From the IMG/VR virus record IMGVR_UViG_3300010371_000001, positions 1 through 64,000 of that record: DNA of 64,000 nucleotides; one strand, given 5' to 3'. Position 1 is the stretch's first letter; each line of letters starts with the position of its first letter. Positions 28,658 through 38,190 of this stretch are shown one piece after another. The notes below the pieces were generated by a model. It saw nothing but the letters and a program-made list of their open reading frames with translations. It was not told the origin of the DNA and made no database searches. The position numbers and the translations under genes were made by a program. This DNA is from a virus.

Positions 28658-28879
28658 TTATTTGGGTGTCTCAGGATGCTCTTTCAGCCATACTTGTCCA
28701 GCAGTAAACACGTGGTCGCGGTAATCCCGTAACTGGCGTTGTTCTGCCCATTCATGTAATGCTCTCATCATCTCGATTACTTGACGCTCAGTCAACCCGA
28801 AACCATGCATCAAATCATAGGTATCGCAGGTCCAATAGTGGTCTAGGAAGTACGCCAGCGCCGCACGATGAATCACCAT
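28658..28879 (-). CDS. minus-strand moron, hypothetical protein
   Basis: GAGGTG RBS before MVIHRAAL; own extended -10 TGGTATCAT at 28902-28910. Confidence 0.55.
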   Translation of the reverse strand: MVIHRAALAYFLDHYWTCDTYDLMHGFGLTERQVIEMMRALHEWAEQRQLRDYRDHVFTAGQVWLKEHPETPK

Positions 28880-28938
28880 CCACACCTCGCCGTTTCTCAT
28901 CATGATACCACGCCACACCGCCAGCATAGGACACACAC

Positions 28939-31900
28939 ATGAGTCGCCAGCGCCGCCGATCACAACCGAAACCCGACGCCGCGCTGGTGCAGAAGCTGGA
29001 CGCCCTCACGACGCAGATGGCGGAATTGACGCGGCGCATGTCACCAGCGGACGCTGCTCGTGGCACACCCCTGCCCGCACATCTCGTCAACCCGCCACGC
29101 CAGCAACGCACGCCGCAACTGGATCAGGTGGCGGTAAAGGGCGATTCGGCGATGGGCGTGCCATCACAGCAACTCATGAACGAGATGCTGAAGAATCAGG
29201 CACCGCAAGCGGGGGCAGTCGGCATCTATGCGCCTGGTGCGCCGCTGCAAGTGGTGCCTGGCATCGAGTCGCCGTATGGCCCGCGCATCTGGGACTTTCC
29301 GTATGGCTACAACATCGCCGCCCTGCCACGCAGCACCGAGGCAACAGCGTTCCAGGAACTGCGCGACCTCTCGGATCTCTACTATGGCATTCGACTGTGC
29401 CAGCGCGTCTGGTTCGATGTCATCAATCGCCTGGAACTGAAGATATCCTTTGAGCCGGGCGTCATCCCGGATGGCGAATCCGAGACGGATGCCAAGTGGA
29501 AGAAGTTCACCCAGCCCGTGCGTGATTTCCTGGCCTATCCTGATGGGCAAAACAGTCTATCCGACTGGCTCATCATGAGTGTGTCGGATGTACAGGAACT
29601 GGGCCAGAGCATCATCTTCAAGAACCGTAATAAGAAGGGCGAGATCATCGCCCTGGATGTGGTGGACGCGGCGTTGGTGAAACCGCTCCTGGATCAGCGT
29701 GGCCGTCTACCCAAGCCCCCCTATCCGGCATTTGAGCAATTCATCAAAGGCATCCCAGCAGGGCTGTATGTTGGGGACACCGATGTCACGCAAGAGTGGA
29801 CCTCCTCACAGATGCACCTCATCCGCGAGATGGCGCGCACCAACTCGGTGTATTCGCGCTCGCGTGTTGAGGACATTCTGCTCATCATCAATCAGGCATT
29901 GCGCAAACAGAACTTGGATCTGACGCGCTACACCGATGGCTCAACCCCTGAGGGCATGGTGTTCGTGGATCCTAGTTATGCTGAGGGATCGCCTGAGGAG
30001 TGGGGAGAAGTTGAGCGTTCGTTAAATGGGGTGTACGCCGGTAACGACCGCATGCGCGCCAGACTTAAAATCATGCCGCCAGGACTGAAAGACTACACCA
30101 ACACGCGCAGCCCTGACCCACAGATCGACTTCGATATGTGGCTGCTGAAAATTACCTGTGGCTCATTCGGCGTGACAATGGCCGAGATTGGCATCACTGA
30201 TGATGTGAACCGCTCTACCGGCGATTCACAGGAGAATGTCATCTATCGCCGCGTGGTGCAACCCCTGGCCGTGAGGTATGCACAGTTCCTCACGGAAGTG
30301 GTGAAAGAACGCTTCGACAAGCGCATGCGAGTGGAATGGGGCGGCATTGAGGAGCAAGAGGATCGGCTGGCTAAAGCGCAAGAGTTGGACATCCTCGTCA
30401 AGAATGGCAGCATCAGCCCCAGTCGGGCGGCACGGGAGATGGGCTATGAGGTCGATACGGAAGTGCCTGCCTTTGTGCTATTCAATGGTGGCCCCACGGC
30501 GGCGATTGTCATGGATGACCTGGACGCCCTGCGCAAGAGTCAGTTGGAGTCGTTCCAGACGCAGACCGAGCAGGCCAAAGCCGGGCTGAAGAACACCCAA
30601 CTCCAAGCCGAGCAGTTGCAAATGGTCATCAAGCAGCAACAGCAGCAGGGTAGCCAGCAACAAGGCGAGGACCAGGGCGGCGAAGGCCAGGGGCAAGGCG
30701 AGGGCAACGAGCCTGAGCCGAATGGTCCCGGTGGCAACTCTGACTCAGGTAATAAGCAGCAAGGCGAGCAAGAATCTGAGGGGGAAGCATCTCCTGAGGA
30801 TGAGGGCGAGCCTGGCGGCAATGAGGACCAGGACCAGGGCGCATCCGAGCAGCCAGGAGAAAGCGAAGGCGAAGAGACGGGGCCGGATGATGAGGCGGCG
30901 CGCGAGGTAGATCGCCTCATTGCGCAAGCTAAGGCACGTCAGAGCAAGGGCAAGCAGCAGCGCATGCATGTGGCAGATGATGTCACTGCCGTCTCCGACG
31001 AGTGGCGGCGCTACCGTGATGTCGCCCTGCGCGCCGTGAAGCGCCAGCAGAGCGTGCCAACGTTCACCAGCGACGTGATGCCCAGCAACCTCCACACCTA
31101 CGCCGCTGAGGCGCTACAGCGTGCCACGACGCCTGATGATGTGCGCCAGGTGTTCGCTGATGTGCGTGATGCTGAGACGCATCCGAGTGAGTGCCGCTGC
31201 ATGGTGTGCGGGTGCGGTGAACCGCTCAATGATCACGGAAAACCTTACATCACGGCAGGCACGGCGGGCAATGTCCCAGGCGATGCCCCCGTCTACCCGA
31301 ACCTCATGCCGCCAGTGGATGAGTGCTTCGTCGCGCTGTTTGTGCCTGCGCATGTAGGGCAACCCCTAGCCGACCTTGTGGGCTGGGAGAACTGTGATCC
31401 GAAAGATTTGTATGTGTCGCTGGCATCGCTAGGGCATGAGACTGATATTGATGATGTAGATATTCTCTGTGCGACGGTGCAAGCATGGGCTAAAACACAG
31501 CATTCCATCGTAGCCCGCATCACTGGCTATGGACGCGCTCCTGATGACATTGGCGATGCGGTTTATGCCGTTGTGCAAAGTGATGCACTTCCAGCAGTGC
31601 GACAGGATTTGCTGGGGGCATTACACGCAGCATTGAATGGTGCGGGTCTACCGGTTGTGGATGACCCCGGCTATTCGCCTCGTATCGTGCTGGCACACCT
31701 TGATCCGGCATCACCCATGCCTGAGACGATTGCGCATGTGCCGACCAATGGTGATGCGTTCGCACTCTCTTATGTGTGGGTTGTGTCTGGGCAATACCGT
31801 TGGGCCTATCCCCTCGGCGGCGATGATGGCGAGCGTGTCACCGTCGTGGATGAACTGCGCAGTCTGCGGGCCGAGATCCAGCGCGCCATCACAGCGGAGA

Positions 31901-32910
31901 TGACACCGCAGCACGTGCGCTGGGCAGAGCATGAGATTGTGCGCGGAACTGGCGGCAAGATCATCGGCAACATCTATGCTGGCGTGTTCCATCCTGCCGA
32001 CGGTGTGACCCATGAGCATGTGCGTCAGGCATTGGCCCTGCACGAGGCGAGCAGCGAGAAGCACCAGGCGCTGGCAGCGTACCTGAGTCGCCAGGAATTA
32101 TCTGGGCGATTATCCGCAGCCATTCATAGGGAGGTTGAAGCCCGTAGCGAATCAGCAATTTCAGTAATGCGCCCAGGTCGCGGCGCATCTGATCGACAAT
32201 GGGCCGAGTATAATGCTTGGAAAGCCGCTAAAGAATCCTATGAGGAAGCGCAGGCACAGGCACAACCATTGAAAGATGCAATGGCAGCATTACTCAATCG
32301 GGATGCACAAGCAAAAGGTGTCACTCTTCGTGTTGAGTCACCGGGGGTTTTTGAAAACCTTCTTGCCATTTGGCCTCACTTGCCATCCGGTGGCGATATT
32401 GCCGCTTTATTGCATGCACAGAAAGGCGATACCGTTACTCTTGGTACATCAGGGAAGATCACCCTGCAAGGGTCTCATGAAGCCTATGGGTTTATCCGTC
32501 GTCGTCACGATAATGGGCTGATTGAGTTTAGCGCTCCTACGGTGCGCGTAGCCCGTGGCGAACGTTCAGCGGCATCTGGGCGTGACATTGTACGTACATT
32601 TGCCCATATGCAATACATGGGAATCCAACGCTTAACGGCTCAGGCCGAGCGAGGTCAAGATTGGAACGGGTATTATACCTGGGCACGCATAGGGTTTGTT
32701 GGTGATATCCCCGAACCAGTACGTGCGGCGGCACAAGATCGTTTTGGCAAAAACGTGACCCGCGTGGAACAAATCATGGCACTTCCAGGTGGCGCGAAAT
32801 GGTGGAAAAACAACGGCGTTACATGGGATGCTGCGTTTGATTTTACCGATGGGAGCCTTTCACGTCAAGTGTTTGACCGCCTCGTCAAAAGTTTGGAGGG
32901 TTCTGACTAA
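28939..32910 (+). CDS. portal protein with large C-terminal extension (acidic linker, degenerate 2H domain, cargo leader, GNAT-like domain)
   Basis: Follows terL; portal core (..VKPLLDQRGR..YSRSRVE..PEG..ICGSFGV-like TCGSFGVTMAEIG..VNRSTG); 1323 aa. Confidence 0.9.
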   Translation: MSRQRRRSQPKPDAALVQKLDALTTQMAELTRRMSPADAARGTPLPAHLVNPPRQQRTPQLDQVAVKGDSAMGVPSQQLMNEMLKNQAPQAGAVGIYAPGAPLQVVPGIESPYGPRIWDFPYGYNIAALPRSTEATAFQELRDLSDLYYGIRLCQRVWFDVINRLELKISFEPGVIPDGESETDAKWKKFTQPVRDFLAYPDGQNSLSDWLIMSVSDVQELGQSIIFKNRNKKGEIIALDVVDAALVKPLLDQRGRLPKPPYPAFEQFIKGIPAGLYVGDTDVTQEWTSSQMHLIREMARTNSVYSRSRVEDILLIINQALRKQNLDLTRYTDGSTPEGMVFVDPSYAEGSPEEWGEVERSLNGVYAGNDRMRARLKIMPPGLKDYTNTRSPDPQIDFDMWLLKITCGSFGVTMAEIGITDDVNRSTGDSQENVIYRRVVQPLAVRYAQFLTEVVKERFDKRMRVEWGGIEEQEDRLAKAQELDILVKNGSISPSRAAREMGYEVDTEVPAFVLFNGGPTAAIVMDDLDALRKSQLESFQTQTEQAKAGLKNTQLQAEQLQMVIKQQQQQGSQQQGEDQGGEGQGQGEGNEPEPNGPGGNSDSGNKQQGEQESEGEASPEDEGEPGGNEDQDQGASEQPGESEGEETGPDDEAAREVDRLIAQAKARQSKGKQQRMHVADDVTAVSDEWRRYRDVALRAVKRQQSVPTFTSDVMPSNLHTYAAEALQRATTPDDVRQVFADVRDAETHPSECRCMVCGCGEPLNDHGKPYITAGTAGNVPGDAPVYPNLMPPVDECFVALFVPAHVGQPLADLVGWENCDPKDLYVSLASLGHETDIDDVDILCATVQAWAKTQHSIVARITGYGRAPDDIGDAVYAVVQSDALPAVRQDLLGALHAALNGAGLPVVDDPGYSPRIVLAHLDPASPMPETIAHVPTNGDAFALSYVWVVSGQYRWAYPLGGDDGERVTVVDELRSLRAEIQRAITAEMTPQHVRWAEHEIVRGTGGKIIGNIYAGVFHPADGVTHEHVRQALALHEASSEKHQALAAYLSRQELSGRLSAAIHREVEARSESAISVMRPGRGASDRQWAEYNAWKAAKESYEEAQAQAQPLKDAMAALLNRDAQAKGVTLRVESPGVFENLLAIWPHLPSGGDIAALLHAQKGDTVTLGTSGKITLQGSHEAYGFIRRRHDNGLIEFSAPTVRVARGERSAASGRDIVRTFAHMQYMGIQRLTAQAERGQDWNGYYTWARIGFVGDIPEPVRAAAQDRFGKNVTRVEQIMALPGGAKWWKNNGVTWDAAFDFTDGSLSRQVFDRLVKSLEGSD

Positions 32911-33038
32911 TGCCAGGAAATATCGACTGGACCGATGAATTAGAGGCTGCCGCAGACGCAGTTTGGAGTGGTATTGTAGTGAGCGGGCAACCAGAAGTCA
33001 GTCAAGCAGGAGAATCTACCGATGTATCTACTGAGTAG
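32910..33038 (+). CDS. 42-aa acidic peptide coupled to portal
   Basis: TAATG overlap, GGAGG RBS; MPGNIDWTDELEAAADAVWSG... Confidence 0.6.
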   Translation: MPGNIDWTDELEAAADAVWSGIVVSGQPEVSQAGESTDVSTE

Positions 33039-33319
33039 ATACATCGGTAGAGGAAGATCATCAACAATCGTACTTTCCTTAAAACTCTATCTGGAAGATC
33101 CGCCATATATCGTCGTTGCGCTCCACTCCATACCGACCAGGTTGAAGCCCTAGTTCCATGAGGCGGCGTGTACCAATACCGATGCGGCAGCCTTTTCGGT
33201 ATTTTATACCGCTGATCAGGTATTCCTCTCCTGGTGCCATATAAACGCGATAATCGGCTACAATAAAGCCGATTTTTGGCGGGCATCCCATATCCGTCCA
33301 TATGTCTTACCGCCCTCGC

Positions 33320-33643
33320 TCACAGCCCGAGTTTTTGACGCACATATGCGCTGATATCCATGTCGGCCTCCTCAGCGTCGGACTCAACCTGGGCATATTG
33401 CTCTTGCGACAAGCGCACTTGCAGTCGCCTCCCCATCCCTTCAGAGGCTATAACGATATAGCCAGCGATTAACGTGCGCTCCTCTGTAGAAAGGATAATG
33501 AGCGGGTCGCCTAGCACTTCGCCTGCAAACTTGTTGTACAACTGTTGGTAAATCGGGCTGCTGGGTGAGCGGCGTGCCAACTCACGCGCCGCATCCATCG
33601 AATGTACTATTAACAGCCGCGCGGCGTCTTGAATCGTGTTCAC
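33320..33643 (-). CDS. protein with C-terminal ribbon-helix-helix domain
   Basis: RRLQVRLSQEQYAQVESDAEEADMDISAYVRQKL. Confidence 0.75.
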   Translation of the reverse strand: MNTIQDAARLLIVHSMDAARELARRSPSSPIYQQLYNKFAGEVLGDPLIILSTEERTLIAGYIVIASEGMGRRLQVRLSQEQYAQVESDAEEADMDISAYVRQKLGL

Positions 33644-33939
33644 TCCGCCACCTCAACGGTATAGTCGCCGCATTCGCCCGATAGCACGCGATCTTCAATG
33701 ATGTGTAGCGTGGTCGTAACGTCATCTTGATCCGCACCATCAACAAAAAGACGCTGCTCATCGCTGATGGCATTATGACGATCATAGGACACATCTACAT
33801 CTGCATCAGGAAACGCCTCATGCACCTGCATTGCTACCAGATTAGCAAATGCAGCATTAGTGGCGTCAACGTCAAGATCGTCAAACTGTCTTGCGCCCAA
33901 TTCCATATCTGCTCCATAGCGCACGATGATTGTAGCCAT
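33640..33939 (-). CDS. acidic hypothetical protein
   Basis: GAGAGGG RBS; coupled to RHH gene. Confidence 0.65.
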   Translation of the reverse strand: MATIIVRYGADMELGARQFDDLDVDATNAAFANLVAMQVHEAFPDADVDVSYDRHNAISDEQRLFVDGADQDDVTTTLHIIEDRVLSGECGDYTVEVAE

Positions 33940-33979
33940 GATCTGTATCCCTCTCATTCCATCTACTTGTACTGCCGTG

Positions 33980-34022
33980 TGAGTACAAATCCAGTGTACG
34001 CTCATGTACGTACAGATGTCAA
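33980..34022 (-). promoter_or_regulatory. sigma70-type promoter with GTAC operators
   Basis: TTGACA (34017-34022)-N18-TACACT (33993-33998); palindrome TGTACGTACA in spacer. Confidence 0.7.
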
Positions 34023-34086
34023 CCCTCTCACCACATCTTCACCGAAACCTTAACCTAACCCATCCTACACCCGCTCGGAGCCACCC

Positions 34087-35754
34087 ATGCCTGCACGTAT
34101 CGACCTCGCCACCCTCCATATCCGCGTCGCCTGCATCCAGGCAGAGTGCGCGCTGTGGCAGATCCGCCGCCAGTGGGAGCGTCTGCTCGCCACCACGACG
34201 GATGAGGGGCGACGCATGCAGATTGCAGAGTTGCTGCGTGAGGGGCGCTGCCCGCCGGATCGGGTGATACGTGGGTATCATGGGCGGTTTGTGGGTTGTG
34301 CTGACGGCGGGAGTGGATCGGGGCATATGCCAGAAGGTGGCATCCATACACGTGGTGGGATTAAGCATGAGGTTGATCTGAAGAACCTCCTGTCCCGTGA
34401 TGGCAGTAAGGCATGGCTTGCCAAACATGAGGGCAAGTATGGCCCTGACCATAATGCGCTACGTGCCGAGGTGGGGCGACTCAGTACAAAAGCATCCGAA
34501 GCAGCAGAGAAGATGTCAGCGGATGATGTCGCTGCACTGAAAACGCATGCGGATAATCTGGAAAAACTTTTGAGCGCCGATGATCCTCACTCGCTCATCG
34601 GGCAACTCGCCGCCATAGAGCAGCGGTATGCTGCCAAGGGCGACGAGGGGTATACTCAACTATTGGCCGATAAATCGTATCTGAGATTGCGCAAGGAAGC
34701 CGACACACGACAAGCAGAACTGACGATTATCCAGGATCATCTGGCTCGTCATGCCGGGGAATATGAGCCGTCACGCGATGAACGTGAGGGCATGCGCCAA
34801 CATACTGCGAATCAGCGCTATGGGCAAGGGAAATCATCAGGCAGAACCTCTGCTGGTAAGGCCACTAAAGCCACGAGGGAACCAGCCAAAGCCCCCGGCA
34901 CACCGAAGGCGAGCAGCGGGCGCAAGGGCAGTGCGAAGAGCGAACGTGAATCGCTGGACGATCTGCATGCGAAGGCACAAGCAGCACGCGCTAAGCAGGG
35001 ATTGCCCGATGAGGTGAAGCCGGAAGATGTGCGGCATACAGGAAAGGATAATCGACCTGTTATCGCCTTCCGTGAAGGGTATAAAGGCATTGCGGGACCA
35101 TTACCAGATCCATTCGCATTACCAGATCCCCGTCGATATATCGCAATGTATGGGGAAAAACAATTGGGCTTAGCCCTCAATGAGTTGACTCCTCAGACGT
35201 TGCGGGACATTGCGCGCAAAGAAGGTATTGAGCAGCCCGGATCGACCAAGGCTGAGATCCTGAGTCGCCTTGTTGCCAAGGTTACGCAAGGGCGGTATTC
35301 GGCTAACTTTGGTGAACCGACGAAGGCGGCAAAATCCCCAAAATCCAGTGAGGCTAAATTACCTGCTGGTAAGCGTCAGCGGGCTGTTGAAAAGTATCAA
35401 CTAACGAAAGCACACATTGAACTCAAATTCAATCCACCGCCGAATTTGGTGCTCCCTGATCCATTCTCCATACCAGATCCACGCCGTGCTACTCGTATGT
35501 ACGGTCCGGATGGTGCGCCAAAGGCGTTCAACGGGTTGCTGCTCACTACCCTAAAATCAATGGCAGCTAAATGGCAGGAGCGTTTTCCTGAAGCGGGCGC
35601 ACCGCGCAGTCGGACATCAAAGAAAGATCTCATTGACTATCTCACGAAGGCGGTAGAGCAGCACGAGGGCAAGATACTCACTCAATCTGATGCAGATAAG
35701 GCTTGGCAGAATGATCCGAATCTTTGGGATCTTCCCCAGCAGCACGGGAAATAA
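34087..35754 (+). CDS. putative head-packaged cargo protein 2 (two HeH/SAP/Rho-N-like repeats)
   Basis: Leader IDLATLHIRV..; RGYHGRFVG; two PDPF..PDPRR...MYG..TL..A..K..I..L repeats. Confidence 0.75.
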   Translation: MPARIDLATLHIRVACIQAECALWQIRRQWERLLATTTDEGRRMQIAELLREGRCPPDRVIRGYHGRFVGCADGGSGSGHMPEGGIHTRGGIKHEVDLKNLLSRDGSKAWLAKHEGKYGPDHNALRAEVGRLSTKASEAAEKMSADDVAALKTHADNLEKLLSADDPHSLIGQLAAIEQRYAAKGDEGYTQLLADKSYLRLRKEADTRQAELTIIQDHLARHAGEYEPSRDEREGMRQHTANQRYGQGKSSGRTSAGKATKATREPAKAPGTPKASSGRKGSAKSERESLDDLHAKAQAARAKQGLPDEVKPEDVRHTGKDNRPVIAFREGYKGIAGPLPDPFALPDPRRYIAMYGEKQLGLALNELTPQTLRDIARKEGIEQPGSTKAEILSRLVAKVTQGRYSANFGEPTKAAKSPKSSEAKLPAGKRQRAVEKYQLTKAHIELKFNPPPNLVLPDPFSIPDPRRATRMYGPDGAPKAFNGLLLTTLKSMAAKWQERFPEAGAPRSRTSKKDLIDYLTKAVEQHEGKILTQSDADKAWQNDPNLWDLPQQHGK

Positions 35755-35758
35755 GACG

Positions 35759-37906
35759 ATGCCTAATCTCTTTCACCTCCTCGCCATCGATGCCCGCCTT
35801 GCCGCCGCCATCGCGCGCGCCGAGCGTCCCCGCAAGCGTCGTCCCGGCCAGCCACGCCGCCATCGTGTTGAGGGACAGATCGTGGCACAGATCGCGCTCC
35901 CCCGCTTCCTGGTGTGGCACAGCTATCTCGCCAGCCGCAAGCCCAAGCGCGAGAGCATGCTGCGTGCCGCTCATCATGTACGTGGCATCGCCCTTTATCG
36001 CTATGCCCACTGGGCATCCGCACAGGGTAAGCCCCTGCCCAGCGACCACAAACCGCCATCATGGGCGCTGCATCCGCAGCAGCGCGTGCAGCAGTCCGAT
36101 GTGACACGCAAGGACACCGAGAAGTGGCTGAACCCCGACGATTTCCCTGATCCCGATGACGCCGCCGCCGCGTGGTGGGATGAGATGGGTTGGGATGATG
36201 GCATTCCCCAGGATGCGTGGGATGCCGCCAGCCCTGAGCAACGCAAGCAATGGCAGCAAGAGGCATTGGCAAGCGTCAGTGCCGATCTGGATTTTCAGGA
36301 CTGGATTGCCAGCACAGTCCTGAATGACTTGCAGGTGTTGCAACTGCTCGAATCGTATTGGAACGGCCAGGCGACGCTCATGTCCGGGCAGGAGATGCTC
36401 GGTGACATGGGTATCGCTGGCGATTTCAATCTGGTCGATCCGATGGCAATGGATTTTCTGCGCTATCAGGCGGGCAACTTTGTCGGTGGACAGACCAATC
36501 GCATTGACGAAAACACTCGCCAGCAGCTAGCTGATGCCCTCTGGTCAGGCTGGGGCGGCGAGACTGATGAGGGCGTTGGGCCATTCGGTATCCCGCAACT
36601 GGCACGCTATGTCCAGGGCGTCATGCAGAACTGGGAAAATGGCCTCTCGGACATGAGCTACAGCCGTGCGCTGCTCATTGCCAACACGGAAGTAGCGCGG
36701 GCTGAGACATTCGGGCAATATATCGCGATGCTCAGCAGTGGTGTGCAGCAGAAAATCTGGGTGATCACGGCAGGGGCGTGTCTCATCTGCATGACCCAGG
36801 CAGAGCAAGGGCCAGTGCCGATACGCGGCCAGTTCCCGAACGGGTTGATGGCCCCTCCTGGCCACCCCCGCTGCTTCCCTGCTGGCACACGTGTGAGCGG
36901 GCCGCGCTCAACTGGTGCTTCCATGCGCTTCTATGAAGGCACGCTCGTCACGATACGAACGGAAGATGGGCATAGCGTGTCCATGACGCCGAATCACCCT
37001 GTGTGGACGAGCGAAGGCTGGAAAGCAGCACAGCACCTTAACCTATTTGATGAAGTCGGGATCGTGCATGCTGGCCCATCGCAACCTATCGAAGATGTAT
37101 TTAATCGCCATTACCTATGCTGCCCTTGGGTTCATGATCAGTTAGCAACACTGGTACATGTAGAAGACTTTCACGGCGACGGCACAGAGGACACAATTGC
37201 CCTGGTCATTCCTGGCAGATCTGAGCCGCATGACCCTGAGCCGCAATGGTATTCACCCATCGTATGGATGCAGACACAGCCGTTCTCTGGGCAGGTGTAC
37301 AACCTTGAAACGGAAGACGGGTGGTATGCAGCCAATGGCATCATCTCGCATAACTGCCGCTGCTCGCTTAGCCCGTGGGTAGATGAGACCAAGCCATTCA
37401 ACCCCAATGATTGGTCATATGCCCCTGACCCCGCCCAAATGCAGCGCTTATTCCAAGACCCCTCATTCGCCGCGTGGCCCGCCCAGGTCGCTAATCTCAA
37501 CGATCCCGCATTGCAACTGGTGCCGCCCCCGCCCACCGCACTAGGGGGATTCGGGCAACTGCAATACAGCGACTTGCCGCCAGCCTTGCAACAGGTCATC
37601 TCCCCACAGGCATTCGCCAATAACTACACCGATGCTTGGCAGATGATGATACAGGGCATGGGGCAAGCGGTGAATCAGGCAGCGCAAGCGGACAAATCCG
37701 TGAAGGCTGCTGAGGAAGCCGTGATGTATGGCGGTGGTGGTGCTGGTGGCAAGGTGCTGACGCTGGATGACATTCTGGCAGGCGAAACGCCAGCAGATCT
37801 GGCGGAATCATCAGCGCAGATTCGCAGTGCGCTGGATGATGCCTTGGGGCAACTACAAGATGGCCTAGCCAACCTGGATGACATCGGTGACGGGGAAGGC
37901 GAGTGA
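35759..37906 (+). CDS. MuF/gp7-like minor head protein containing an intein
   Basis: RALLIANTEVARA, KIW, ACLIC, PPGHPR-[intein]-CRC. Confidence 0.92.
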   Translation: MPNLFHLLAIDARLAAAIARAERPRKRRPGQPRRHRVEGQIVAQIALPRFLVWHSYLASRKPKRESMLRAAHHVRGIALYRYAHWASAQGKPLPSDHKPPSWALHPQQRVQQSDVTRKDTEKWLNPDDFPDPDDAAAAWWDEMGWDDGIPQDAWDAASPEQRKQWQQEALASVSADLDFQDWIASTVLNDLQVLQLLESYWNGQATLMSGQEMLGDMGIAGDFNLVDPMAMDFLRYQAGNFVGGQTNRIDENTRQQLADALWSGWGGETDEGVGPFGIPQLARYVQGVMQNWENGLSDMSYSRALLIANTEVARAETFGQYIAMLSSGVQQKIWVITAGACLICMTQAEQGPVPIRGQFPNGLMAPPGHPRCFPAGTRVSGPRSTGASMRFYEGTLVTIRTEDGHSVSMTPNHPVWTSEGWKAAQHLNLFDEVGIVHAGPSQPIEDVFNRHYLCCPWVHDQLATLVHVEDFHGDGTEDTIALVIPGRSEPHDPEPQWYSPIVWMQTQPFSGQVYNLETEDGWYAANGIISHNCRCSLSPWVDETKPFNPNDWSYAPDPAQMQRLFQDPSFAAWPAQVANLNDPALQLVPPPPTALGGFGQLQYSDLPPALQQVISPQAFANNYTDAWQMMIQGMGQAVNQAAQADKSVKAAEEAVMYGGGGAGGKVLTLDDILAGETPADLAESSAQIRSALDDALGQLQDGLANLDDIGDGEGE
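36872..37354 (+). mobile_element. mini-intein (161 aa, no endonuclease)
   Basis: Starts CFPAGTRV, block B TPNHPV, ends VYNLET..YAANGIISHN followed by Cys. Confidence 0.93.
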
Positions 37907-37935
37907 GATATGCTACACAGAAAACGGAGTTACCC

Positions 37936-38187
37936 ATGAGTCAGCCGCAGCAACCACAGCAGCATACGTATCCCCCAGCAATCCATGCTGCTGGCCCTGA
38001 CGCCATACATGCATATGACGCGCTCCTGGCCCGCTTGCACGCCGCCAATGGCACCGCTGGCCCTGCTGAAGTGTTCCCTGAGGAAATCACCCTGATTCTG
38101 GCGCGCTTAGGCAAAGGACCATTACCTGATATGTCGCATGTGCCGATTCCCCATGAGCCAAGTGTTCTCGACGACGAAAAGGACTGA
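37936..38187 (+). CDS. hypothetical protein
   Basis: GGAG RBS. Confidence 0.55.
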   Translation: MSQPQQPQQHTYPPAIHAAGPDAIHAYDALLARLHAANGTAGPAEVFPEEITLILARLGKGPLPDMSHVPIPHEPSVLDDEKD

Positions 38188-38190
38188 CCG

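Noticed and set aside
33002-33301. Third gene of the minus-strand moron
   Set aside because: Two competing frames (33002-33301, 33079-33291); cannot choose from sequence alone
33975-34005. CACTGGA core on the minus strand as an inverted partner of the 21017 recombinase site
   Set aside because: Arms match poorly; better explained as the promoter/operator of the RHH moron
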